DNA of 42,438 nucleotides from the NCBI GenBank assembly GCA_051942205.1, contig JAVECO010000189.1, forward strand, positions 1 through 42,438, read 5' to 3'. The notes beneath the pieces were generated by a model. It was not told the origin of the DNA, did not search any database, and was given only the letters and a program-made list of their open reading frames with translations. Positions 22,996-35,685 of this stretch are shown in pieces. Source of the DNA: Coniocarpon cinnabarinum. Lineage: Eukaryota. Position 1 is the stretch's first letter. Every line of letters begins with the position of its first letter. The position numbers and the translations under genes were made by a program.

Positions 22996-23740
22996 CTGCA
23001 CTTTTAGTGTTTCCATCTTGGATTTGGCTACCAGGCAAGTGCAGAGATCTCCTGTATAAAGCAACGCAAGAGACGCTGAGACAATCTTACCCAAATTAAC
23101 GGTTAGTGGCGGCTTCTTGATTCAACTTGTCTCGCCTAACAGCACTGTCTAGCAGATTGCAAAGATGTGCTACACCTGAGATCAATGACGCACATCCTAT
23201 GTGAAGCTGTATTTTAAATACGCTTTTCACAGCGGTTGACATGCGATTAAGGCCCAGAACGTCCACTGCAGCGTTGCTCGAATTTATGCGCCCAAGATCG
23301 TCGATGAATCGCTGGAAGCTGTATTCAATCCAGCCAATGGCGGAGACAAGGGGACCTTTCACGCCATACAAAGCTCGACGCCTGTGCGAGCGTCGATCGG
23401 GATGAGCATCTTAAGCGTTGGATTTGATGGGCACGGCGACATCTCAACTGGAAGTTGTGATTTGTGGCTTATGTTCTGGTTTCCCGTACAGAAATCAGTG
23501 CTTGCAGAGGGTCGGTAGAAGCGTGGAGCAGGAATGCAAGACGATTAAGCCGTCATTCTCATTCCTTGATCTCCTGTGCGTCGCATTTGACAATCATGGG
23601 TGCAATTGCTTCATTGAACCACACTCGTGTGAAAAGCTTAGTAGCCGTCAGAGCATTACGCGGGAATCGAGTGTATTTCAAGTATGTGGTGCAAAGATTA
23701 CTCTTTGAAGGCCGCACTAAAAAAGACAAGCGTGCAATTT

Positions 23741-25776
23741 TCAAGGTCTTAGCATTGACAGCCAGTCACCGATGACAGCTCGTTGAAGCTCGTTTGCTTT
23801 CTGTTGCGCATCGTGTCTGGAGGCACCTCTGCTCTCGACATATAACTTGACTTTAGGTTCCGTGCCGGAGGCACGTACTGTAAAGCGACCGTCATCTATT
23901 TCACAGCTTATCATATGTGTGTTTGGGTCCACCGGTAGCGTTGGCCGACCGTCTGGCTCTGTCGTGTCAATCCCCAGAGTGAGGTCTCGATATGATCTGC
24001 ATAATCTGCCATCGACGACAGCGGGCTTCCGCCTGTTTCCTGCGCCTTGCAGCCTCTGTGACTCGCGGATGTTTTCGAATACAGTATTAGTCAGCTCAGC
24101 ACTTGCAGACACAAGGTACGTGTTGGCATCAGCAAAGAATCCATATCTTTCGTAAAGAGTGTGGAGCTTTTGCAAAGGTGTTAGATCCTGATCATGTTTC
24201 CAGGTCTCCTTCGCGCAAAGAAACTCTAATAGCGCTGCCACACCATCTTTGTCGTATACCACGTCGGAAAACATGTATCCTAGGGCCTCCTCGAAGGCGA
24301 ATACGACTTTGTAACCTTGCTGCTCAAGCTCTTGAGCTCGGGGCGCCAAATGTTTGAATCCCGTTAATGTCTCCTCGCAGTAAAATCCCTCTACCCCAGC
24401 AATGGTTTGAAGCGCTAGAGTTGATACTGTTGTCGTTAGCATAGCTACATGCGCGCGATGTGACCTCGAGAGGCAGTGCCAATCCAGCCTCTTCTCGAGG
24501 ATGTGCACAGCCAGCAAAATGCCCATTTCATTGCCTGTAAATTGATGCCACCCCTCTTCCGTGCTTTGAGCTGCAGCGAAGCGATCAGCGTCCGGATCCA
24601 CCGCAAGTATTGTGGGGATATCCTCCAGATCGGCCTGTTGGATAGCCAGGTCCAGAGCGCCATGTTCTTCCGGGTTTGGGTATGGCACAGTGGGGAAGGC
24701 GGGATCGGGTAACTTTTGCGCGTCTACCCATGTAACGAAATGATTACATGTGCTGCTAGTGAGAAAGCGTAGAGTTTCTCCTATTATATTTGCACCAACA
24801 CCGTGAAGAGGCGTCACAAGCACCTTGTCGAGGCGTTTACATCTCAAGAGACTTGCTCGCTCTCTCAAGGTATCAAGGTACTTTCTCTTAAGTGTGTCGG
24901 CAAGGCGAAGATCTTTTTCGATTTGCTGCTCTTCTAAAGAGCGGACACAGGCATGACTAGGTGGATCCAGATTTTGCCTGATAGCTTCAGCAACACCTTC
25001 ATCGTATGGGCTGTTGATCTGGCATCCAGTCCTCCAATAGACCTATATACTGCATCAGTCCTGATCTCAGATCCGCACAGTACGTTATGTTGGAATTACA
25101 GCTCTGAGCGACGACGGTGCGACTGGTGCAGAATTTTTGATGGTTTACGCACCTTCAGCCCGTTATAAGTCCTTGGATTATGACTTGCGGTTATCATGAT
25201 GCCGGCTGCAGCCTGTTCCCTACTGACCGCAAATGAGACGAGCGGCGTGTGGCACTCACCCAGATACTTGACCTCGAACCCCTCACTCCTCAGAACTGCC
25301 ACAGTCAACTTGGCAAAGCTTTCAGAGCTAAAACGGTTGTCCAGACATGATCGCGGGTGTGCCTTCTTGTGCAGAAATTAGTCAATCTATTTATCCATGG
25401 AAGCCTGTCTTGAGCAGTCCAATTCGCATACCTGGGTGGAGTTGAATCGTGAACCTGACTGCAGCATCGCTCGATGGTCACGGCCCACAATAACGCCATG
25501 CCTACGCGATTCATCGCCTTGTTGTTGTTGCAGGTAACTTGAAATGCCCAGCGCTGTTTGCCGGATCGTAACGTGATTGATGTGAGCGAAGCCGGGCAAC
25601 ATCTCAGATCTGAGCCCGGCAGTTCCGAATGCTTTCCTTGGTGCCAGCAACGTCCAAAGATAGCGCCTGTCCGCATCGTTCCCCTTGTAGTATGAATCTA
25701 TTATCTTTCTACTATTCTCCACCCAATCGTTCGCCATCCAGGCTGTGTAGTGGTCGAAGAGACTTCTGTCTGCCAT
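23741..25776 (-). CDS. Phosphoglucomutase-2/phosphopentomutase (alpha-D-phosphohexomutase)
   Basis: FGTAGLR, catalytic ITASHNP..YNGLKVYW, PNPEE, metal loop DPDADRF, TLTGFK, FEEALG, DKDG, RASGTEPKVKLY. Introns 25363-25431 and 25043-25152. The start ATG is uncertain (25776 or slightly upstream). Confidence 0.9.
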
Positions 25777-26056
25777 GAGCTGCGCAGTCATTGGCATATG
25801 CAAGTAGGATATTGGTAACAGTGCATAGCACGAGACTTGTGCCAAAGAGTACTCAGATCTGTGTAGATTATTTGAGATTAGTCCTGAGTAGGACGGCTCG
25901 TACAGATAAGGACCAGCGGGTCGGGCACGTGGGGCGGTCGTAGAAGCAGGTTGTCTCGCAAAACTACATCGGAAACACTCAATAAATATGGGCGATTAGC
26001 TCGAGAACATGTCAGATTATGCTTTAATCTACGGATCTCGTTTAGAAACAAAGTAC

Positions 26057-27660
26057 TTAATATCCACTCTGCTCGTGCCTTTTTTCACCCGCATCGTCAT
26101 CGTCGTTGCGATCATTCTCACTTCCGGCTTCTCTAGATGCTTGCTCGTCACCCCTGAGCTTCTCGAAGTACTGCTTAATATCTTCAGCTCCGACCGCCTG
26201 ACCGCTTTCAGCGAAAGGCTTTAAGAAACTCTTGACTTTGTCTCTCATGTGATTGTACGCCATTACGCCCTCAATGGCGCGTACTCGGTCGATATTTGAC
26301 AAAGCAGCTTCACCGCGGTCCAGCAAGCTGCGACTTCCGGCCGAATGAGCGCTTTCGTCTCCATTAGCACCCGATTCGGATTTTGGAGGCTCGTAGGTAT
26401 CTTCCTCTTCCAATAACTGAGGGTGCACGCTTAGTTCGGGGAAGCACAACGCACAACGACAAAGATGGTCGCGAAAATCTTCTTTCAAAAACAAACAAAT
26501 CTTTCCATCCGCGGGAGTAGGAACTGCTAATTTTTGGCAAGAGGTCGAACTTTTTGCTTCCGAGCTGTCGTCACTACTTCCTTTCTTTCTCTTCTGCAGT
26601 GTCTCTTCTCCTGCCTCTTTTTGATGTAACTCGGCCTCATCAAATGAGCGCTTCCGCGCAGTTGACTGCTCGACACCTAGGACATCGCTTTTCTGCGGAG
26701 ATACATGGTCGTTGCGACCTGAACGAAATCCACAATCGCTGGATGCCTCGTTGTCTTGCTTGTGAGGCACGGCAGGTAGGAAACCTGCGGCGCCGGCGTA
26801 GCGCTTGATCCAGGGGAAAGCCTGCGTACACTTGTAGCACAATAAGCATTCGAAGTCGCTCTCGGGCGGAAACCCAGGCGGAAATGTTTCACTATCTTCG
26901 TCATGTGCTCGTCGCTCTTGTCCCCCATTTACGGGTGAGGAAGCCCCCGGAAATGCAGCGTTTAGATCATGCACGCTGTGCGTCTGCGCATTGTCTCCGT
27001 TGCGGGAAGCCTCGCCGTGTAGTTCTTGCAATCTTCCGTCGATACCTAAGAGGCAGGGAGGATGCCACCAGTCTTCTCCGCAGCCACCTTCCTCCGTCGT
27101 ACCCATCCCCAAACATTGAAACATTGTACCCTTTTGCCTATGAGGATCGTATAGCTCGGCGCAGCCACAAAATCTGTTTCGGAAATTCTGGTTATATGTA
27201 TTCCCTGCTCTTGCCTGCTCAGAGTGCACCCCACCTTTCTGGCCCGTCGCGGGATTGATCCTCAAGGAGCATGGTGACGTCGAGGGCAGCCGTGTTGTTC
27301 CGCAGTCACATTCGAAGTCACGTCGACTAAAGAGCTCGACGAGCTCATGATCCGTATGACATGATATGTGACACGAATAGCATACGCCTGCAGGGTGATA
27401 CGGCTGCGAGAGATCATTTGGCGGTGGATTGCACGTCAAGCAAGAGAACACGGTTTGGCGAAGAGGACCTAAAGGCTTGGTGCAGGTGTCGAATTGATAT
27501 GGCAAAGCCTCGCGCGCGTCTGCCTCAAGTTCCAATTGGTTTGCGATGTAGCTACCGAAGCTGGTCAGTAGCTAGGCAACAAGCGACGAAGTGCTACTCA
27601 CTCTTCAGCAGTATGTGAGGCCGGGTCTAATGATCCCTCGCGCCCTGCTTCGACTCCCAT
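26057..27660 (-). CDS. UBR7: UBR7/Mlo2-like UBR-box + PHD E3 ligase
   Basis: Intron 27552-27601. QLELEADAREALPY..CT..LRQ..SCLTC..GVCYSCHISCH..HELVELFSRRDFECDCG, YNQNF..FCGC, MFQC..CGEDWWH, and C-terminal DRVRAIEG..YN..LKPFAE. Confidence 0.9.
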
Positions 27661-27771
27661 CTTGAAGTATAAGGTGACTGGAGCTTCCAACGAGGTGAAG
27701 TTGGCGGTATAGCTGCCGCTAAGAGTGCACGACTACGAAACGATGAATGACGTGTTCTCCGGTATATCTGG

Positions 27772-27880
27772 CACGTGTAAAACACCACACCGCGCTTTTC
27801 GAGAATCTACCAAGCTTAGCAGCGCGTGAATGGTACGCTAACACCTTTCAGGAAATCTCAGCGCGTAAAGTGCGACGCGT
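27772..27880. promoter_or_regulatory. MCB-like (ACGCGT/CGCG) cluster in the divergent UBR7-MCM2 promoter
   Basis: ACGCGT at 27875-27880; GCGCGT at 27822-27827 and 27861-27866; CACGTG at 27772-27777. Confidence 0.55.
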
Positions 27881-28022
27881 CTTCCTGAGCTTGCTCTCTG
27901 CACTCTCTCCAGGGCGCCCTCTAGCATTTACAAACCATCGTGACTTCGACATCTGGTACAGTTTACCTCATCGCTGCACATACGGAGAGACACTGCGCTA
28001 CGTATAAGTTTAGTCCTGCCTG

Positions 28023-30745
28023 ATGAGGTGAGAAATCTGCGACTCGAGTGTCTTCCTTTTGATTTTTTCTGATGACGGGGCCAGTTCTCCACTGCGCGCA
28101 AACATGTCGGCGGCCAACCGCGGCGCGCCGTCGAGTAGCGGTCGTGGGCGAAAGCGCTCGCGAGAGCAGGAGGAGGATGTGCCAACGTCGTCTGCAGCTG
28201 CACCTCCCTCAAGTCTCCCACCATCTTCGCCACCTCTGATGCCTCCCGAGGGGGAGAACGACGACGAGCACGATTCACAAGATGAACTTCTTGGCGATAT
28301 TGACGACGTTGATGAGCTAGCTGAAGACGAAGCTGGAATCGACTTATTTGGCGATAATTTCGAACGGGACTATGAGCAACGAGAAAACGATGCTTACCAT
28401 GGAGCGATGATTGACGACGAAGGCGACTTTGAGGAGCTCGATCCAGCTGCGCGGAGGCAACTTGAGGCTCGCCTGAACCGCCGTGACCGCGAGATGCAGC
28501 GGCGCCGGCAAATGCCTGCGGCGTTTCTGCAAGACGAGGATGAGGATGTTCTTATGGATTTGACACGACAACCTCGCCGCCGCCGGCATCGTTACGACGA
28601 AGATGAAGAGGATATCGACATGTACGATCAAATCGACAGAGAGGTGCTCTCTCTGGATCAGCTGCAGGATGTCAAGGCTTCTAGTTTGAACGATTGGATC
28701 AGCCAACCAGCTGTCAGCAGGACGATCAGAGAAGAATTTCGTGCCTTTTTGACTGAATATATCGACGAAAACGGAGTTTCGGTGTACGGAACACGCATCC
28801 GCACTCTGGGCGAGGTCAATGCTGAATCGCTCGAGGTGTCGTATGATCATTTGGCGTCCTCCAAGGCCATTCTGGCCTACTTTCTTGCCAACGCCCCAAC
28901 GGAAATGCTGCGAATCTTTGACGAAGTCGCCATGGATGTTACGTTGCTTCATTACCAAGACTACCAGCGGATTCACGCGGAGATTCACGTCCGCATTACG
29001 GATCTCCCTGTACAGTACACACTTCGCCAGCTCCGGCAGTCCCATTTGAACTGCCTAGTGCGTGCTTCGGGTGTCGTTACTCGGCGTTCGGGGGTGTTTC
29101 CGCAGCTTAAATATGTCAAATTCAATTGCAAGTGTGGTGCAACGCTCGGCCCCTTCCAGCAAGAATCTCACGCAGAGCTGAAGATATCGTACTGTCAGAA
29201 TTGTCAATCGAAAGGGCCTTTCACCGTCAACTCCGAGCAGACAGTGTTTCGCAACTATCAAAAGCTCACTCTCCAGGAATCTCCGGGCACTGTGCCTGCT
29301 GGTCGACTTCCCCGTCATCGAGAGGTGATATTAACCTGGGATTTGATTGATACTGCAAAGCCTGGTGAAGAAGTCGAAATTACGGGAATATACAGAAACA
29401 GCTACGACGCGCAGCTAAATAACAAAAACGGCTTCCCGGTCTTCGCAACCATAATTGAGGCCAATAATATTGTGAAGGCGCACGATCAGCTCGCAGGTTT
29501 TCGTCTCTCTGAACAGGATGAGCGCGAGATACGTGCCCTGAGTCGCGATCGGGACGTCATTGACAAAATCGTTGCCAGTATCGCTCCCAGCATTTACGGT
29601 CACACCGACATCAAGACGGCAGTTGCTCTGAGCTTGTTCGGGGGCGTGAGTAAGGAAGCGCAAGGACAGCACAAAATACGCGGCGACATCAACATACTCC
29701 TGCTCGGAGATCCAGGTACGGCGAAATCACAGGTCCTCAAATACATCGAAAAGACTGCCCATCGTGCAGTCTTCGCTACAGGTCAAGGCGCATCTGCTGT
29801 CGGTCTCACGGCGTCTGTCCGGCGTGATCCCATGACATCTGAATGGACTCTCGAGGGTGGCGCACTTGTTTTGGCCGACAAAGGGACTTGTTTGATTGAC
29901 GAGTTCGACAAGATGAACGATCAAGATCGAACGTCCATACACGAAGCCATGGAACAACAGACTATTTCTATCAGCAAGGCAGGCATAGTCACGACGCTGC
30001 AGGCACGTTGCAGTATAGTCGCAGCCGCCAATCCGATCGGAGGACGATATAATAGCACTGTTCCCTTTGCACAGAACGTGGAGTTGACTGAGCCCATCCT
30101 GTCACGGTTTGATGTCCTTTGTGTTGTTCGTGACACAGTCGACCCCGAAGAAGACGAGCGGTTGGCCAACTTTGTGGTCAACTCTCATGGTCGAGCGCAT
30201 CCTATGAATACTTCTTCAGCAAACGCTGAAACGGCGAATGGTAATACTGTTGGGCAGAACAACGATATGGACGTCGATCAAAATGGCGATGTGCGAACCT
30301 CTCGCAACGTCAAAGAAAGGGAAAGTCAAGGCCCGGTTCCCCAAGAGTTGTTGCGCAAGTACATTCTCTTTGCGCGTGAGCATGTTCAGCCAAAACTTTT
30401 CCACATGGACCAGGATAAGATTGCCAGGCTTTTTTCGGACATGAGACGAGAAAGTATGACAACTGGTGCATACCCAATCACGGTAAGGGAAGTCCTGGTA
30501 TGTATGGCAGAGCACACACTAACACAATCACGCAGGTTCGTCATCTCGAGGCCATCATGAGACTTTCTGAAGCTTTTGCCAAGATGCGTCTGAGCGAGTA
30601 TTGCAACGCAGGTGACATTGACCGCGCCATTGCCGTCACCGTTGACAGCTTTGTCGCCAGCCAGAAAGTAAGTTGCAAAAAGGCCCTAGCGCGAGCATTT
30701 GCCAAGTACACGCTCCGACGCCCTGGACGCAACGGTATGAAGTGA
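28023..30745 (+). CDS. MCM2: DNA replication licensing factor MCM2
   Basis: Exons 28023-28027 (ATGAG), 28085-30482, 30536-30745, starting MSSPLR. Acidic histone-binding N-terminus, ESPGTVPAGRLPR, Walker A GDPGTAKSQ, IDEFDKM, arginine finger SRFD, ITVRHLE. Confidence 0.97.
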
Positions 30746-32083
30746 GCCCTCTAAGAAGATCGCATGCTGTTGCAACAGAATGTGTTAGAAATGAATATAC
30801 GTGGTTGATCATTGATGCAACATGTTAATGGGATTGAGCGTCTGGCGCTGCAATGGAACGGAACTAAAGGAAGGGCTCTAGAAGATCCATTCTGTATTCT
30901 CAAGTTCGTACTTCACTGTAATGCGAAATGTGCGGGCCTGCCGGCACTGGGCGTCGCACAGCTGGGTTGCAAAGCAACGATACTAGGGGTTCAATGCACT
31001 GGCCTTACTGGGATTCTTTCTGCTCGCAGGCCGATGCTATCGTCTAGTCGGCGTCGGTGGACAGCTCTCTACAGCGTCATTGGCTTCACGGACTGTTCAT
31101 TTCCAAAGTCTCTTGGTCGGTGCTTCACTGATGAGGACAAGGCCAGGTCTGGAATGATGCATGCGTAGAGCGGGCGATGTGCCTTACATGTGCACGCATC
31201 ATAAATACGGCGAGGCGAAAAGAGAGAACACCGACGTCCAGCATCGCCTCTTTCTACATTCAGAAGGTGTCCTCTGCTCTTTAGCTGCCGTCAAGGGTCA
31301 TGGACAAAAGTCGTTGTTGGAATTTCGGGCTGGCCGCCGAGCCTGTACCATACAAACAAATTGGGTCACAAAGCTAGAAGTACAGCGGCGAAAGCCCTTT
31401 GCGACACAGAAGATGTAAGTGCGGCAAGTACTTTTCTACAAGGCCATTGCGTCGACACAGGACGGCTCAATTGGCAGAGAGTGAGTGTGCATGTGACCGT
31501 CGAGCCAATATTTCAGTCAACGGGGCAAGCTAAGGAGTCGCCTAGTGCGCTCCGATGTAACAAGCAACATGATTTGCTGGTCACGCAAGGATCTTGCTAT
31601 AAGCTACACTGCTTAAGCATCAGTCAATGGCCGGAAACCCGTTTAGGTAATCAAGCCAGGCTTCATCCCCGCAAACTGACGACGCGGCGCTCCACTCGCT
31701 TGCAAACACAGATGCAACATCTACGACACCTGAAGACTTTAGAACTGGGTCAGAGGCCATCAGAATTGTATCTCGTCAACAGAGATGGGCAATGTGTGTC
31801 TTGACGACCTTATTCTATGTCACCCCGTACGAATGTGGTTGATCAAGATTCGATACCTTTCTTTAGTCCTGCTGTAGAGGTGGTGACCTACAACAATTTG
31901 CCGAAGTAACCATGCAAAGTATCCTTGTCTTCTGCCTACTAAGGACTGGTGTTCCGGGCATTGCCCATGGATTTGTGGTGTGTTAAACACTGCTTGGCTC
32001 AGTATTGAAATTCTGGCTCCATTCTCCCATTTTCGCTCAAATCCATCGATCTTTGCAGCGTTTTAGTCATCGATACTTTGAAC

Positions 32084-34961
32084 ATGGCGGCATTGGCTTT
32101 CACTTTGCTTGCCTCAGTGCAGGTTCTCTTCCCCACGCTATGCGCAGCCCAGGCGACTGGATCAGGTGCTTGGACAGCGGCTTACTCTAAAGCTGCTGCC
32201 GCCTTGTCTAAACTCTCCAACAATGACAAAGTCGGGATTGTCACTGGAACCGGTTGGGAGCAGGGGCCCTGCGTGGGTAAGTATGGCCCAACTGTAGCTA
32301 TTATGGCTGCACGTATTAAAGCAGTCGCAAGGCAACACACGGGCTGTGACGTCGATTGGATATCCATCGCTTTGCCTTCAAGACGGGCCCCTCGGCGTAC
32401 GCTACAAAACAGGAGTGACGGCATTCCCTGCCGGCATAATGGCTGCATCGACTTGGGATACGTCTCTCATCTACTCAAGAGGTAATGCACTTGGACAAGA
32501 GTCGAAAGCCTCCGGTGTGAACGTGCAGCTGGGTCCAGTGGGTAGGTTTGGAGAACAGATGCGGGTCCCCTGCGACATTGCAAAACGTGCTAACAAGTCC
32601 TGCGACAGCTGGACCGCTTGGCAAAATTCCACAGGGCGGCAGGAACTGGGGTAAGGATAAATCTCGTCTCCATCGAAAAGTCGTTGATGATCATCTTTAG
32701 AGGGCTTTTCGCCCGATCCGTACCTGACTGGCATCGCCATGTCGCAGACAATCGCGGGAATGCAGGATGCAGGGACGCAGGCGTGCGCCAAGCACTTCAT
32801 CGGCAACGAGCAGGAACGCAATCGAGAGAGCGAGTATTGCTGTCTTTGTAGGGCTGTTCAGATGAATGCTAATCCATGCTTAGCAATGAGTTCCAACATA
32901 GACGACCGGACACTTCATGAGCTCTACCTTTGGCCTTTCGCTGATGCAGTGCATGCCAATGTCGCGTCAGTAATGTGTTCATACAACCAGCTGAACTCGA
33001 CTTGGGCGTGTGAGAACAGTCACATTATGAACGATGTCCTCAAAGGAGAGCTTGACTTCCAAGGCTACGTGATGAGCGATTGGAATGCGCAGCATACTCT
33101 TGACGCGGCGAACGCAGGCTTGGATATGTCCATGCCTGGAACTGATTTCAGTAATCAGAACCTGCTTTGGGGAACCAACCTGCTAAACGCAGTGACTAGC
33201 GGACGCGTGCCTCAGTCCCGGCTCGACAACATGGTTCAAAGAATTCTCGCGGCATGGTGTGAGTTAATGACTGGTATCTATTAAAACCGCACACTGATGA
33301 TTCGGGGAAAAGATCTTACCAAACAAGATGCGGGCTACCCTGCGGTAACTTGGTCCTCATGGTATGCCAATCCTTCGTCGACAGCACCCACGGCCCTCAA
33401 TATAGCACAAAATTTGTAGACACGACGTGCGTTGTCAAAGTCTAACTGAACATTTGTCTAGGAATGGAGGATCCGGAGGCCCTGACGTACAAGCGGGCCA
33501 CAGTACCGTCGCACGCTCGATCGCGGGTGATGGAATCGTCTTGTTGAAGAATGCAAATGGCGTGTTACCGTTGAAGAAGCCGCAAAGCTTAGCCATCGTC
33601 GGGCAGGACGCTATCAACAATCCCGCAGGGCCAAACGCCTGCACAGACAGGGGCTGTGACACTGGCAGTAAGTCATTCTTGGCTCCAAGAAGTGTTTGCC
33701 ATACTATCAACATCTTTTACGATAGTCATGAAAGGTCATGCTGACGTTTACTCATGCAGCACTTGCTATGGTGAGCCCAAGGTTTATTCTCGCGTGATCT
33801 CATTATGGGCTGTGTTTGGCTTCGTCCCTTTGATATTTGCTGATGAACGCAGGGTTGGGGGTCAGGAACCTGTCAATTTCCAAGTCTCAGCGCGCCTCTC
33901 GATGCAATCAACGCGCAAGCAGCAGCAGACGGTACCAAAATCAGTGTATCTAGCACTGACGATCCGACTTCTGGAGCCGCTGCGGCACGGTCTGCTGATG
34001 TTGCAATGGTGTTCATCAACTCAGACTCTGGAGAAGGCTACATTACCGTCGAGGGCAACGCGGGGGACCGCAACAACCTGGGTGAGTGAAACGCACGACG
34101 TCTAGGCGTTTCGCAGTGCCGATAGCCATAGCACTGACACATGGATCCTGCTCTAGACCCTTGGCACAACGGCAACCAATTGGTCCAGGCGGTAGCAAGC
34201 GTGAACAAGAAGACCATCGTCGTCGTCCATTCGGTAGGCCCGTTAATTTTGGAAAGTATCCTGGCTCAACCTAATGTGGTGGCGGTCGTGTGGGCTGGGA
34301 TACCTGGTCAGGAGAGCGGTGGGGGGCTAGTCGATGTCCTCTACGGCACCAAGTCCCCGAGTGGAAAGCTCCCGTACACCATTGCTCAGCAGGCGAGCGA
34401 TTACGGTACGACGGTCGTCAGTGGGAGCGACAACTATCCCGAGGGCCTGTTCATCGATTATCGCCACTTTGACAGGGCCAACATTGCTCCTCGATATGAG
34501 TTTGGGTTTGGATTGTGTAAGTGCCGCATGTGCGGGGATAGGGGCGTGGCTGACGAGCGACAGCGTACACCAACTTCACCTACTCTGGCGTTTCTGCCTC
34601 GTACACCGACAAGTCGGCAGTCAGCAGCACCAAGGCGCCAGGCGGTGCAAGCAATCTCTTCGACACCGTCGCGACTGTGAGCGCCACCGTCTCCAACACC
34701 GGTTCAGTGGCCGGTGCCGAAGTTGCACAGCTGTACATTGGGCTTCCCAGCACGGCGCCGTCGACGCCCGCGAAGCAGCTGCGTGGGTTCCAGAAGCTGT
34801 CGCTGGCACCGGGCGCGTCTGGCAAGGTGACGTTCAACGTTCGGCGGCGGGATCTCAGCTACTGGGACGTGGGGAGGCAGCAATACGTGGTGCCGAGTGG
34901 ATCGTTCGACGTGCTCGTGGGGGCTAGCTCACGAGACATACGTTGGCGCGGCACGATGTGA
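32084..34961 (+). CDS. Secreted GH3 beta-glucosidase (BglL/Cel3A-like)
   Basis: Signal-peptide-like N-terminus, LQDGPLG, GRNWEGF, KHFIGNEQE, MCSYN, nucleophile VMSDW, acid/base DSGEGY, PSGKLPYTI, PRYEFGFGLSY and an FnIII tail QLRGF. Ten introns by manual splicing, including one GC donor, and an 11-nt exon. Confidence 0.93.
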
Positions 34962-35685
34962 AGGAGGTGGAGAGGCAGTCGAAGTCCTCCCCAGTGCGTC
35001 GCGGGCGTTGGGGAAGGGGGACGGCACGTGACGGGAACATTGGGAGCTTCCATTGGAACCGTGGGCTGGGTGGCTGGTACAGTAGCTCCCCCACAATCCA
35101 ATTCGGGAATCTGGGGATACCTATCTTAGGTACCTACCTTAGGTAATGCGGAGGTAGCAACTTATTGAGTGACAGTAACATGACGTCAACCACGCTAGCT
35201 GAATTGGGCGCCAAAGCGGAGACGGGGCTTGTGGCAAATAGCGACTTGTGGCGACTCATGGCCGTGCGGCGCCGCGACAAATGAAACCTTCCCGCTTGCT
35301 CTGACCAGCCGCAGTTGCCTCCATCCAGCCTCATTCCTCATCCACGGCGCCCCCGAAGTGACTCGCAACTCGGTTAACCTCCCGCAATGGCGCTGAGCTA
35401 GAGCGCGTCAATAGGGCGGGTGTCTGAATGCCAATGCGCCGTCGTCAACTGCTGCAGCGAACCTGTCGTGCGTCGCTACAAAGCCCTTCCATTTCCCTTT
35501 CCCGCGTCTCCTCCCTCTTCGCTCTGCAGCAGGCCACCGGTTCCAGCACCGTTCAGTCTAGTCTGGGAGTCCGCTCATTGCACAAGCCCCGGGCGGTCTC
35601 TTTTCAAGTCCTCATCTCGGCAGCTGTGTATCACGGAGCTGTAGTCTAAAGGAAGACGCATCGATTGGCGTGCTCACGACCAGCC

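Noticed and set aside
30812..31804. Short ORFs between MCM2 and GH3
   Set aside because: No motifs or coherent splice model; probably terminator and promoter DNA.
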